A stretch of DNA of 63,997 nucleotides, filler included, from an uncultured bacterium (lineage in GTDB: Bacteria; DAOPZR01): NCBI GenBank assembly GCA_964637655.1. It is 5 parts of 5 records of this genome, joined end to end, with 100 filler letters (N's around TTAATTAATTAA, not from the genome) between each part and the next. Parts side by side here need not be neighbours in the genome. Positions count along the whole stretch, not along the records: positions 14,112 to 28,107 come from CAZWUZ010000070.1; 4 more parts are not named here. The stretch is one strand, 5' to 3'. This document shows positions 16,678-26,468 of the stretch, in pieces; the stretch's first letter is position 1; every line of letters begins with the position of its first letter. The notes below the pieces were generated by a model. It saw only the letters and a program-made list of their open reading frames with translations. It did no database searches and was not told the DNA's origin. The position numbers were made by a program, and so were the translations under genes.

Positions 16678-17610
16678 TTATCGGACCGCTGCTGTAAAGT
16701 GCGGGCGAAGGGTGTGCAATTGCTGATGCCGCTGGAACTGCGCGTTTGCCGCTGCCAGCAGGCGCATATGGCGTGACGCGGTAGCCGTCACGTGGAACTG
16801 CAACCGGCCACCGGTGAACGCATAGTCGTCAGCATGCGCCGCCAGGTGCGCGTAGACATCGTCAGCGGCAGCGAGAGCGGCCAGCAGCGCCGCGCCCGCC
16901 GCCTGCGCCTGCGTGTCGGCAGCGGCATGGGTACGCTGCAGGTCGGCACACAATCCGTCACGCACCGCCGCCGGGCCGTCTGCGCGCTGCAGCGCGGTCA
17001 AGGCCTCCTGCAGCGGTGCATGGTGATGGCGTGCCTCGAGCAGCGCCCGTACTTCCGCCAGGTCGCGGCGCATGGTGCGGATGGCGGCGGTTGAAGCGAA
17101 GGTCGGCAGCGCGAAGAGCCTGCCGCCGATGCGGTCAGCTGCCAGCAGACGGTCAACTGCCGCCTGCGCGTCACGCTGCTGTGCCAGCACACCGGCGAGT
17201 GCGGTGACGAACCCGGTATACGGGCCGTAGCGGGCCGGGGTGAGTGTTGCCGTATCCGGCACCACGACCGGGAGAAAAGATATTCCGTGCAGGAACTGTC
17301 CGAATTCCGCTTTCTGCTGCTGTGCCGTGAACACCTGCTGCCGGTAGTCAGTCACCGCATACAAGGCCAGGCAGGCACCGAGCAGCAGCGCAAAGGGCAC
17401 CTGCCCCCGGTGCCGGCGCCGCCAGGCGATGATGCCCCAGACCAGCGGCAACGACAGCAGGAGCACAGTGGTCGCGATTGACAGCGTTTTCTCCGGGTCG
17501 GGAAGCAGCACTTCCGACCGGTAGGTGCTCAGCGCCTGCACCAGGCGGTAGCCGAGCAGCAGGTTGATGCCGCCAAGGATGACGGTCAGAACGATATGCA
17601 CGGCGTTCAT
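16678..17610 (-). CDS. hypothetical membrane protein
   Basis: Three N-terminal TM segments and a helical soluble domain; overlaps the bioA stop. Confidence 0.65.
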   Translation of the reverse strand: MNAVHIVLTVILGGINLLLGYRLVQALSTYRSEVLLPDPEKTLSIATTVLLLSLPLVWGIIAWRRRHRGQVPFALLLGACLALYAVTDYRQQVFTAQQQKAEFGQFLHGISFLPVVVPDTATLTPARYGPYTGFVTALAGVLAQQRDAQAAVDRLLAADRIGGRLFALPTFASTAAIRTMRRDLAEVRALLEARHHHAPLQEALTALQRADGPAAVRDGLCADLQRTHAAADTQAQAAGAALLAALAAADDVYAHLAAHADDYAFTGGRLQFHVTATASRHMRLLAAANAQFQRHQQLHTLRPHFTAAVR

Positions 17611-18947
17611 TTTCGTGTGTCGGCCAGGATGTCGTGCAGGCAGTCGAGTATGCGTCTCACTTCGCGTTCTGTCGCTGACAGCGGCAGCCAGAGGTAGACG
17701 AGATTGCCCAGCGGGCGCAACGCGAGATGCCGCTGCAACCCGGCGCGGCGTATCGCACGGGTCAGGGCGACGGTATTGATGGGCGGCTGTTTCGTGGTTT
17801 TGTCCGAGACCAGTTCGCAGACGAAGATGCTGCCGAGCACGCGCACGTCACCGACCAGCGGCAGCGCGCGAAAGCGTGGTACCGTCGCGCGCAGCAGGCG
17901 CTGCACCTTCACTGCCCGCCGCAGCGTCTGTTCCGTGCGGAAGAGGCGCAGCGACGCCAGCGCGGCCGCGCAGGCGATGGGATTGGCGGTGAACGTATGG
18001 CCGTGATAGAAGGTTTTGTCCCGCCCGCCGAGAAAGGCGCGGTAGACGCGCGCCGTGGTCAGCGTCGCCCCCAGCGTCAGCGTGCCCCCGGTCAGTCCTT
18101 TGGCGAGGCAGAGAAAATCGGGGCGCACGCCGCGCGCCTGCTCCACGGCGAACATCGTCCCGGTGCGCCCGAATCCCGTCGCCACCTCATCCGCGATGAG
18201 GTGCACGTCGTACTGCCGGCATAACCGCGCCGCGCCTTGCAGGTAGGCGGGCGGATAGATGATCATCCCCCCCGCCGCACAGATGAGCGGCTCGATGATC
18301 AGCCCGGCAATCTGCCGGTGTTTCGCGCGCAGCAGTTTCTCCAGCGGCTGCAGGCAGGCAAGCCGGCACACCGGGTACGTCTGCCTGCACGGGCAGCGAT
18401 AACAGTACGGGGCCGGTACGCGGTACTGTGGCACGCAGAGCGGGGCGAAGGGGGCGGTAAAACGCGACACACCGCCGACACTCATCGTCCCGGCGGTATC
18501 GCCGTGGTAGGCGGCATCGAGCGCGACGAATTTCGTTTTCCGCCGCGCGCCTGTCAGCTGCCAGTACTGCAGCGACAGCTTCAGCGCCACTTCGACGGCC
18601 GTCGAGCCGTCGTCAGAGAAGAAGACGCGCCGCAGTTGTCGCGGGGCGAGGCGCAACAACTCCTCCGCCAGTGCGACGGCTCCGTCGTGGGTGAACCCCG
18701 CGAACAGCACGTGATCGAGCTGCTTTGCCTGTGCCGCGATGGCGCGCGTGATGGCAGGATGGCAGTGCCCGTGCACGCTGCTCCACCACGAGGCGATGGC
18801 ATCGTCATACCAGGTGCCGCGCGCGTCGTAGAGCTTCAGCCCGCGGGCGCGCACGATGCGCAGTGGCGGGTCAGAGACGCACTCGCGCATCTGCGTGTAG
18901 GGATGCCAGCTGACGCGCAGGTCGCGCCGCTGCCAGCGGTCAGTCAT
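17607..18947 (-). CDS. bioA: adenosylmethionine-8-amino-7-oxononanoate transaminase
   Basis: 'WHPYTQM', 'SWWSSVHGH', 'IADEVATGFGRTG', 'LAKGLTGG', 'HGHTFTANP'. Confidence 0.96.
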   Translation of the reverse strand: MTDRWQRRDLRVSWHPYTQMRECVSDPPLRIVRARGLKLYDARGTWYDDAIASWWSSVHGHCHPAITRAIAAQAKQLDHVLFAGFTHDGAVALAEELLRLAPRQLRRVFFSDDGSTAVEVALKLSLQYWQLTGARRKTKFVALDAAYHGDTAGTMSVGGVSRFTAPFAPLCVPQYRVPAPYCYRCPCRQTYPVCRLACLQPLEKLLRAKHRQIAGLIIEPLICAAGGMIIYPPAYLQGAARLCRQYDVHLIADEVATGFGRTGTMFAVEQARGVRPDFLCLAKGLTGGTLTLGATLTTARVYRAFLGGRDKTFYHGHTFTANPIACAAALASLRLFRTEQTLRRAVKVQRLLRATVPRFRALPLVGDVRVLGSIFVCELVSDKTTKQPPINTVALTRAIRRAGLQRHLALRPLGNLVYLWLPLSATEREVRRILDCLHDILADTRK

Positions 18948-19623
18948 GTGCCGCCTCCTGCTGCAGGCGCGCAGCCAGCGGGCGCAGGTGCGGCAGCAGC
19001 GTGCGCGGTGCGCGCGTGTGCGGCAGCACCGCCAGCACGGGCGCGCTCGCCCGTGCACTGATGACTTTGACATTATCGGCCGCAATGGCGGCAGGGACGC
19101 GTGCCGCTGCGGAAAAGATCAACCCGAGCAGGCGCAGACGCCGTGTACGCAACGCTTCGACGGAAAGCAAGGCCTGGTTGATGGCGCCCAGCCGGTTGGC
19201 CACGACGAGGATGACGGGCAGGCGCAGCCGGGCAACGAGGTCGAGTTGCAGCAACCGCGCGGTATAGGGGACCAGCAGGCCGCCGCTCCCTTCAACCAGT
19301 ACCAGGTCATGCCGACGCGCCAGCACGCGGTATGCCCGCATGAGTAGCTGGAGGTTGATGCTGCGTCCGGCCGTGCGTGCCGCCAGCTGCGGCGAGGCAG
19401 GCAGGGGTAAGCAGTACGGTTCGCGCTCCGGCGCGACGGTCCCGCGCCTGCCGCCGAGGCGGTCGTGCACGCGCAGGTCGCCCTGCCCGGGTCGCGCTCC
19501 GGTCTGTACCCATTTCTGTGTTTCCGTATCCGTGCCGCGGTCGCGCAGCGCGCGCGCCAGCAGGCCGGTGACCAGCGTCTTGCCGCAGCCGGTGTCCGTG
19601 CCGCCGATAAAGACGCCGTTCAT
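18940..19623 (-). CDS. bioD: dethiobiotin synthase
   Basis: 'GTDTGCGKT', 'LVEGSGGLLVP', 'NRLGAIN'. Confidence 0.95.
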   Translation of the reverse strand: MNGVFIGGTDTGCGKTLVTGLLARALRDRGTDTETQKWVQTGARPGQGDLRVHDRLGGRRGTVAPEREPYCLPLPASPQLAARTAGRSINLQLLMRAYRVLARRHDLVLVEGSGGLLVPYTARLLQLDLVARLRLPVILVVANRLGAINQALLSVEALRTRRLRLLGLIFSAAARVPAAIAADNVKVISARASAPVLAVLPHTRAPRTLLPHLRPLAARLQQEAAHD

Positions 19624-20360
19624 GCCCGGCCCCGGCAGAAGAACACCTGGTAGGTGGCGGTGATACCGTCATGGCGCAGGCGGTAGTGATCCTCGATGCG
19701 CTGCAGCCGGCGCGGCGTGAGCAGACCGCCCTCGCGCAGCGGGCCGCGGGTACCGGTGTCACGGATGCTGCGCAACAGTTCGCGTAGCGAGGCGTAATCG
19801 CGCCGGTAGCGGCGCTCAGTGACGGTGATTTCGGGGAAGACCGCGTGCAGCAGGCCTTCGAGTTGCGCGTGGTCGGGAAAAGAACGCGCCGGCACGGCTG
19901 TCTGCCCGGGCAGCACTTCGTTCCACGAGGCGTTCAGTTCCTCGTAGGTGAGCGGCCCGAAGAGTGAGGCGAGCAGTTCCCCGCCCGGTTCGAGGCAGCC
20001 GGCGATACGGCGCAGCACTGACGGCAGGTTGGGACACCAGTGCAGGGTCGACGCGGAAACGATCAGCGGGTAGCGTACCGCAGGATCGATCTGCTCCGCG
20101 CGCAGGCAGCAGAACTGCGCGCGCGGCACGCGCTGCTGCGCCACCGCCAGCATCGGTGCGACCGGGTCGATGGCGGTAATGCCGGCGTCCGGGTAGCGTT
20201 GCTGCAGCAGCGCGGTAAACAGGCCGGTGCCGCAGCCAATCTCCAGCACCCGCTGCGGCGCGCTCTCCGGGAGCAGGCGCGCCAGTTCCGCCGCCGCTTC
20301 GCGCTGCACATCGGCCGCAGCATCGTAGGCAGACGCCGCGCGGTGTACCGATCTAAGCAT
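19620..20360 (-). CDS. bioC: malonyl-ACP O-methyltransferase
   Basis: 'AASAYDAAADVQ', 'VLEIGCGTG'; position in the bio operon. Confidence 0.9.
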   Translation of the reverse strand: MLRSVHRAASAYDAAADVQREAAAELARLLPESAPQRVLEIGCGTGLFTALLQQRYPDAGITAIDPVAPMLAVAQQRVPRAQFCCLRAEQIDPAVRYPLIVSASTLHWCPNLPSVLRRIAGCLEPGGELLASLFGPLTYEELNASWNEVLPGQTAVPARSFPDHAQLEGLLHAVFPEITVTERRYRRDYASLRELLRSIRDTGTRGPLREGGLLTPRRLQRIEDHYRLRHDGITATYQVFFCRGRA

Positions 20361-20973
20361 AGAGCAGTCCTGCCAGTTCCGGGCGCAGCACGCTCAGATG
20401 TCCGCTGCCGGCGATAATGACCAGCTCGGAACGCGGCAGCACCGTGGAAAACGCGGCGAGTTCAGTGGCCGGGGCGATGCGGTCATCGCCGCCGTGCACG
20501 AAACGGACCGGGAACTGGCGCAACACAGCGGGGGCAAGACGCTGTTCAGCGAGCAGGTCAAGCCCTGACCGCAGCGCCTCCACCCCGGTCGCGAGATACT
20601 CCGCGCGCAAGTGCTGCGTAAACCATGCCTGTGCCTCGCCGTCAGCGGGGCCGAAGCAGGCGCGGTAGAAGCGGTCGAGGTAGGCGCGCGGTGAACGGTC
20701 GAACGCGGCCCGCGCCGCAGCAAGCATCGCCGCCGGGTAGCGGTCACGCATGCCAACCAGCACGAGTTGCCCGATCTGTGCCGCATGGCGCGCAGCGAAC
20801 GACGCGGCCGCATAGCCGCCCAGCGATACCCCGACCAGGTGCAGGCGCGCACCCGCCGGCAGTTGCCAGGCAGATAGCGCGTCAGGAGAAAAGCAGAGCG
20901 CGTCCGTTGGTGCTGCACGGAAGATGCGCGCATCGGTTGCCCAGCCGTGCACGCAGACCGTCAGGCGGCTCAT
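20353..20973 (-). CDS. bioH: pimeloyl-ACP methyl ester esterase (BioH-like alpha/beta hydrolase)
   Basis: 'HGWATD', GVSLGG nucleophile, 'HGGDDRI', 'GSGH'; between bioF and bioC. Confidence 0.75.
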   Translation of the reverse strand: MSRLTVCVHGWATDARIFRAAPTDALCFSPDALSAWQLPAGARLHLVGVSLGGYAAASFAARHAAQIGQLVLVGMRDRYPAAMLAAARAAFDRSPRAYLDRFYRACFGPADGEAQAWFTQHLRAEYLATGVEALRSGLDLLAEQRLAPAVLRQFPVRFVHGGDDRIAPATELAAFSTVLPRSELVIIAGSGHLSVLRPELAGLLYA

Positions 20974-22133
20974 GCCGGGACCGCCGCGCAGGCAGCGGCC
21001 ACGCGTTCCGCCAGACGGTCGATATCGGCCGCCTGATGCGCCGCGCTCAGCGACAGGCGCAGACGGGCGCTGCCGTGGGGGACTGTCGGGTACCTGATGG
21101 GAAGCACCCAGATACCGTCAACGCGCAGGCGCTGCGCGATGGCCAGCGCGCGCTGCTCGCTGCCGAGGATGACGGGGACGATCTGCGTATCGCCCGTGGC
21201 GGTGATGCCCTGTGCCGCCAGCCCCTGCCGCAGACGGACAGCCAGCGCCTGCAGGTGTGTGCGACGCTGCGGCTCGTCGCGGATAACGTCGAGTGCGGCC
21301 AGCGAGGCGGCGACCACTGCCGGCGGCAGCGCGGTGGAGAAGATGAAACTGCGCGCGCTGTTGATGAGCGTGTTGATGAAAGAGGCCGACGCGGCAACGT
21401 ACCCGCCCGCGCTCCCCAGTGCCTTGCTGCAGGTCCCCATCAGCAGGTCGACGCTGTCGGCAACGCCGGCCTCCTCCGCCTTGCCCGCACCCGTGGCGCC
21501 GAAGATGCCCGTGGCATGCGCCTCGTCAACCAGCAGCCATGCCGCATGCTGCTGTTTCAGGGCCGCAAGGTCCCGCAGCGGGGCGCAGTCGCCGTCCATG
21601 GAGAACACGCTCTCGGTGACAATGAGCGCGCGGCGGAATTTCGCGCGCTCGCGCTGCAGCAGTTCATCAAGTTGGGTGGCGTCATTGTGGCGGAAGCGGA
21701 AAAGGCGCGCACCGCATAGGCGCACGCCGTCGAGCAGCGAGGCATGGGCGAGACGGTCGGCAAAGACCGCGTCACCCGGCTGCAGCAGCGCGCTGATGAT
21801 GCCACAGTTCGCCTGGTAGCCCGAATTGAAGAGAAGTGCCATCTCCTGGTGCTTGAACCGAGCCAGCGCCTGCTCGAGGTGGCGATGCAGTTCGCAGCCG
21901 CCGCCGAGCAGCCGCGCCGCGCCTGCTCCTGTGCCGTAGCGCGCAGTTGCCGCCTGCGCCGCCGCAACAAGCTGCGGGTAGGTGCAGAGACCGAGATAAT
22001 CGTTCCCCGACACATCGAGGTAGTCACGCCCCCCCACGCGGATGCGTCCGTCGCCGCGCGCTTCGACTGCCGGCAGCGTGCGGCGCAGTCCCTGCACCTC
22101 GCGCTCCGCCAGCCACCCGCGCAGTTCATCCAT
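20970..22133 (-). CDS. bioF: 8-amino-7-oxononanoate synthase
   Basis: 'SGNDYLGL', 'TESVFSMDGD', 'VDEAHATG', 'GTCSKALG'. Confidence 0.95.
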   Translation of the reverse strand: MDELRGWLAEREVQGLRRTLPAVEARGDGRIRVGGRDYLDVSGNDYLGLCTYPQLVAAAQAATARYGTGAGAARLLGGGCELHRHLEQALARFKHQEMALLFNSGYQANCGIISALLQPGDAVFADRLAHASLLDGVRLCGARLFRFRHNDATQLDELLQRERAKFRRALIVTESVFSMDGDCAPLRDLAALKQQHAAWLLVDEAHATGIFGATGAGKAEEAGVADSVDLLMGTCSKALGSAGGYVAASASFINTLINSARSFIFSTALPPAVVAASLAALDVIRDEPQRRTHLQALAVRLRQGLAAQGITATGDTQIVPVILGSEQRALAIAQRLRVDGIWVLPIRYPTVPHGSARLRLSLSAAHQAADIDRLAERVAAACAAVPA

Positions 22134-22158
22134 GAGCAAAGTCCATAACAGCGGTTTT

Positions 22159-22628
22159 ACCACGGAGCACACGGAGAGCACAGAGATAACCATCCGTGAG
22201 GGACCGGCCCTGCGGGCGGCAGCAAAAAGGCCCCTCACCCGGCGCGTACGCGCCGCCCTCTCCCGCTACCGCGGGCGAGGGGAAACCATGAACACCGTCA
22301 GCACCTGAACGCTCCGTGTACTCCGTGTGCTCCGTGGTCACGCCGTTGCCGTGCTCTGTGTGCTCTGCGTGCTCTGTGGTGCACGTTGTGGGCAGTTGCA
22401 TGGTGCGTGCTGCGATGCAGGCAGTGTGGCGACGCTCCGTGTACTCCGTGTACTCCGTGTGCTCCGCGGTCACGCCATGACCGTGCTCTGTGTGCTCTGT
22501 GTGCTCTGCGTGCTCTGTGGTGCAAGTTGTGGGCAGTTGCATGGTGCGTGCTGCGGTGCAGGCAGTGTGGCGACGCTCCGTGTACTCCGTGGTCACGCCA
22601 TGGCCGTACTTTGTGTGCTCGGCGGTGC
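22159..22628. repeat. composite repeat array between bioB and bioF (9-mer CTCYGTGTR units within 123/141-bp tandem units, plus a REP)
   Basis: Units start at 22309, 22432 and 22573; inverted 9-mer block at 22159-22185; REP at 22231-22282. Confidence 0.85.
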
Positions 22629-22643
22629 AAGCCGTATAGGAAG

Positions 22644-23567
22644 TCATCGCGAAGCGCGCCAGAGACGACGGATGTCGGCAATGAGACGCTCATCGTCCTG
22701 AGGGGCGCGTCCTTTGACCGTCAGGTAGCCGCCGATCATCATACCGTTGGCGCCCGCCATGAACGCCGCACCCTGCCAGTCCTTGAGCACCGTCTCGCGT
22801 CCCGCGGCAAGACGGATGGTTGCTTCCGGGCGCAGCAGGCGGAGCATGGCGATGAAACGCAGTGCGTCGGGAGCGGGCAGCGGCGGCTGTTTGGCGAGCG
22901 GCGTGCCGGGCACCCCGACGAGGATATTGACCGGAATGGAATCGACGCCGCTCTGCGCCAGTTCGAGGGCGAACTGCAGGCGGGCGGCCGCGGTTTCGCC
23001 CAAGCCGATGATCCCGCCACTGCACACCGGCAATCCCGCCTCCTGCGCGGCGGCGACAGTTCGCACCCGTTCGCGGTAGGCGTGGGTGGTGACGATGCGC
23101 CGGTAGTGGCGCTCCGCGGTTTCGAGATTGTGATGGTAGCGCGTGATGCCCGCCGCTTTCAGTTCCGCCAGTTCGCTGCGGGTCAGGCAGCCGAGCGAGG
23201 CACAGACGCGGATGCCCACCTGCGCGCGGATGGCAGCAACCGCATCAGCGACAGCCGCCAGTTCTTTGGCGGTCAGCCGGTTGCCGCTGGTGACGATGCC
23301 AAAACGTTTCGCCCCGAGTTTCTTCGCCCGCCGCGCGGCGGCAAGCAGTTCACCCTTTCGCAGCAGCGGGTGGACGGGCACCCCGGTGCGGTGACGGGCG
23401 GCCTGCGCGCAGAAACGGCAATCCTCGCTGCAGCGCCCCGACTTGGCGTTGACTATGGCACAGAGGTCGAGGCGGTCACCTGCGTGTGCGCGACGCGCCG
23501 CATCGGCACGCTGCATCAGTTCGGGCAGTGGCAGCCGCCACAGACGTCGGGCGGTATGAGCGTTCAT
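22644..23567 (-). CDS. bioB: biotin synthase
   Basis: 'NAKSGRCSEDCRFCAQ' radical SAM motif, 'YHHNLET', 'CSGGIIGLGE'. Confidence 0.96.
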   Translation of the reverse strand: MNAHTARRLWRLPLPELMQRADAARRAHAGDRLDLCAIVNAKSGRCSEDCRFCAQAARHRTGVPVHPLLRKGELLAAARRAKKLGAKRFGIVTSGNRLTAKELAAVADAVAAIRAQVGIRVCASLGCLTRSELAELKAAGITRYHHNLETAERHYRRIVTTHAYRERVRTVAAAQEAGLPVCSGGIIGLGETAAARLQFALELAQSGVDSIPVNILVGVPGTPLAKQPPLPAPDALRFIAMLRLLRPEATIRLAAGRETVLKDWQGAAFMAGANGMMIGGYLTVKGRAPQDDERLIADIRRLWRASR

Positions 23568-23655
23568 CAGTTCCTCCCGTGCGGCATTGTACCCGTCCCT
23601 GCCGCCGGCGTCAATCGCCCGCGACAGCCCACCCGTGGTATGGTACTATCGTCAT

Positions 23656-26037
23656 ATGCTGAAAGTCCTGCTGGCCTGCCTCCTGACCCTTACCGCAGTC
23701 AGCACCGCCGCGGCGCGCCCGGTGATCACGTCCGGCTGCGAGTACGACTACCCGCCATTCTGCATCGTCAATCCGGACAGCAGCGTCGACGGTTTCTCGG
23801 TCGAACTCCTGCGCGCCGCGCTGCGGGAAATGGGGCATGAGGTCAGTTTCACGGTCGGTTCGTGGATGGAAGTCAAGCAGCTGCTTGCCGACCGTCGCAT
23901 CCAGGTCCTCCCGCTGGTCGGGCGCACCCCGGAACGCGAAGCACTCTACGACTTTACCGTCCCCTACCTGACCATGCACGGTGCGCTAATCGTGCGCGAG
24001 GGGAGCACCATCCGCACGGTTGCCGACCTGAACGGCAAACGGGTGGCGGTGCTGGCCGGGGACAACGCCGAGGAGTTTGCGCGCCGCGCTGTGCCCGGCG
24101 CGGTCATTACGGCAACGACCACTTCGACTGAGGCGCTGCAGCAGCTTGCCGCCGGCGGGCAGGATGCGGTCATCATGCAGAAACTGCTCGCGCTGCAACT
24201 CATGCGGCAGCAGCATATCTCCGGGCTGACCGTGGCGGGTATGCCGCTCACCACGGGGTTCACCCAGTCGTTCTGTTTCGCGGTGGCCAAGGGTGACCAT
24301 CGCCTGCTCGGTGTGCTCAACGAAGGCCTGGCACTGGTTATCGCCAACGGCACCTACGCGCATTTGCAGGCAAAGTGGTTTGCCCCGCTCGAGGCGCAGT
24401 CGCGGCGCACGCTGGTCATCGGCGGTGATGCCAACTACCCGCCCTACGAGTTCCTCGACGAAGAGGGGAAGCCGGCGGGCTACAACGTCGACCTGAGTCG
24501 CGCGCTGGCCGCGCATCTCGGTATGCCGGTGGAAATTCGGCTCGGGGAGTGGAACGAAATACGCGACGCGCTGGCCCGCGGCGAAATCGACGCCATCCAC
24601 GGCATGTTCTATCTGCCCGAACGGCGCGCAACATTCGATTTTTCCGCTCCGCATACGGTGGTCAGCCATGCGGTCGTCACGCGGCGCGACGGGCCCGACC
24701 TGCGCACCCTCGCCGATCTGGCCGGCCGCCGCGTCATCGTCATGCGCGGTGATATTATGGAAGACGTCGCCCGGACGCACGGACTGGGCGACCGCCTGAC
24801 GGTCGCCGGCTCGCTGACGGAAGTGCTGCGCCTGCTGGCGTCCGGGGCGCATGACGCCGCGCTGGTGGCGCGCATTCCCGCACTCGCCTGCATCGCCGCC
24901 GGCCGCCTAAACAACCTGCGGGTGCCTGAGGAATCGGTGTTTTCGCCCGAGTACTGCTACGCGGTGCGGCAGGGTGACGCCGCCCTGCTGGCGCGGCTGG
25001 ACGAGGCGCTCAGCGCGGTAAAAGCGTCGGGCGACTACCGGCGCATTTACACGAAGTGGCTCGGCGTGCACGAGCAGCGCGGCACTGACTGGCTGACCAT
25101 CATCCGCTATGTAGCACTCGCGCTTATTCCCGTCTTCCTGCTCCTCCTCGGTTCCATGCTCTGGTCGCGCGCACTGCGCCGGCAGGTGACGCAGCGCACA
25201 GCGGAACTGCAGCACGAAATCGGCGAACGGCAGCGGGCGCAGGAGGAACTGCAACAGCATACGCATCACCTCGAGCGGCTGGTGCAGGAGAAGAGCCTGC
25301 AACTGACCGTGCAGGGGCGCACCGCGCTGCTCGGCAAGATCGCCGCGGGTATCGCCCACGATCTCAACAACCCGCTGAGCATCGTCAGCGGCAACCTGCA
25401 GATGCTCGAACTGCTGTGCGGACAGTTTACGGCTGTTCCTCCCGGTACGACCCGGCACACCGACCTGCAGCACGGCATCGCCGCGGCGCTGACCGACGCC
25501 CGATCGGGCTGCGCGCGCATTATCGAGACCTGCGACCGCCTGCGTCGTTTTGCCCGCCCGGTGCACGACGTGCGCGAACCGTTCGACCTCAACGAGGCGC
25601 TCAAAACCGCGGTTATCGTGACGCGCGACCAGTGGAAGAAACAGTGCGGGGAAATCGATGCCGTGTACCACCCGCAGCCGCTGACGGTATACGGCACGGA
25701 AAACGACATTGCCCATGTGCTCTCCAACCTGCTCGACAATGCCGCCGACGCCATCGCGCCGGGCGGAAACATCAGCGTCAATTGCGCCCCTGCTGCAGAC
25801 GGCCGGTACGCGGTGGTCACCGTCAGCGACAACGGGCCGGGCATTCCCGCCGCGTACCGCGCGCAGGTCGGGCACTCACCGTTTACCACCAAGCCGCCCG
25901 AGCACGGGACCGGGCTCGGCCTGCAACTCAGTTACGATCTGGTGCACGACCATGGCGGCACTATCGCGTTCACCACCAGTGACCGCGGGACGACGTTTAC
26001 TGTCACGCTGCCGCTGTACCCGGAGACGGCACCGTGA
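23656..26037 (+). CDS. sensor histidine kinase with two periplasmic solute-binding (PBPb) domains
   Basis: Signal peptide, 'DYPPF' and 'NYPPY' SBP repeats, TM helix, 'AGIAHDLNNPL' H-box, 'NLLDNA', 'DNGPGI', 'GTGLGL'. Confidence 0.92.
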   Translation: MLKVLLACLLTLTAVSTAAARPVITSGCEYDYPPFCIVNPDSSVDGFSVELLRAALREMGHEVSFTVGSWMEVKQLLADRRIQVLPLVGRTPEREALYDFTVPYLTMHGALIVREGSTIRTVADLNGKRVAVLAGDNAEEFARRAVPGAVITATTTSTEALQQLAAGGQDAVIMQKLLALQLMRQQHISGLTVAGMPLTTGFTQSFCFAVAKGDHRLLGVLNEGLALVIANGTYAHLQAKWFAPLEAQSRRTLVIGGDANYPPYEFLDEEGKPAGYNVDLSRALAAHLGMPVEIRLGEWNEIRDALARGEIDAIHGMFYLPERRATFDFSAPHTVVSHAVVTRRDGPDLRTLADLAGRRVIVMRGDIMEDVARTHGLGDRLTVAGSLTEVLRLLASGAHDAALVARIPALACIAAGRLNNLRVPEESVFSPEYCYAVRQGDAALLARLDEALSAVKASGDYRRIYTKWLGVHEQRGTDWLTIIRYVALALIPVFLLLLGSMLWSRALRRQVTQRTAELQHEIGERQRAQEELQQHTHHLERLVQEKSLQLTVQGRTALLGKIAAGIAHDLNNPLSIVSGNLQMLELLCGQFTAVPPGTTRHTDLQHGIAAALTDARSGCARIIETCDRLRRFARPVHDVREPFDLNEALKTAVIVTRDQWKKQCGEIDAVYHPQPLTVYGTENDIAHVLSNLLDNAADAIAPGGNISVNCAPAADGRYAVVTVSDNGPGIPAAYRAQVGHSPFTTKPPEHGTGLGLQLSYDLVHDHGGTIAFTTSDRGTTFTVTLPLYPETAP

Positions 26038-26468
26038 GCGTCCGCACCCTTGAACAGGCGCAGATCCTGATACTCGACGATGAACCGGCCAACCGCCGCA
26101 TGCTGGCGATGCATTTCCGCCTGCTCGCCGGCTGCCCGGCGGCACACCTGTACGAGGCGGCGACACTCGCTGAGGCGTTCGCCCACCGCGACCGTTTGCG
26201 CGGGGAGGGGCAGACGCTCGATGTCTGTGTCGTTGACTACCTGCTGGCGGGTGAGACGGGCATCGATTTTCTGCGCCAGCTGCGGGATAACGACCCGGTG
26301 CAGTTTGCGCGCACAGTCAGGGTGATCGTGACGGGGTGCAGCATGCCCGGCGAACTTGACGTGCTGCAGCACGCCGCGGATGAACTGCAGGCGCCGGTGC
26401 TGACCAAGCCGTTCGTCCTCGCGAAACTCGAAACGCTGCTGCGGGAGAAACTCGCCGCCCTTACGTGA
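26034..26468 (+). CDS. single-domain response regulator
   Basis: 'ILILDDE', 'VVDYLL...G', 'IVTG', 'LTKPF'. Confidence 0.88.
   Translation: MSVRTLEQAQILILDDEPANRRMLAMHFRLLAGCPAAHLYEAATLAEAFAHRDRLRGEGQTLDVCVVDYLLAGETGIDFLRQLRDNDPVQFARTVRVIVTGCSMPGELDVLQHAADELQAPVLTKPFVLAKLETLLREKLAALT

Noticed and set aside
22309-22628. CRISPR array in the bio operon
   Set aside because: The units are whole tandem duplications made of 9-mers, with no unique spacers or constant repeat length
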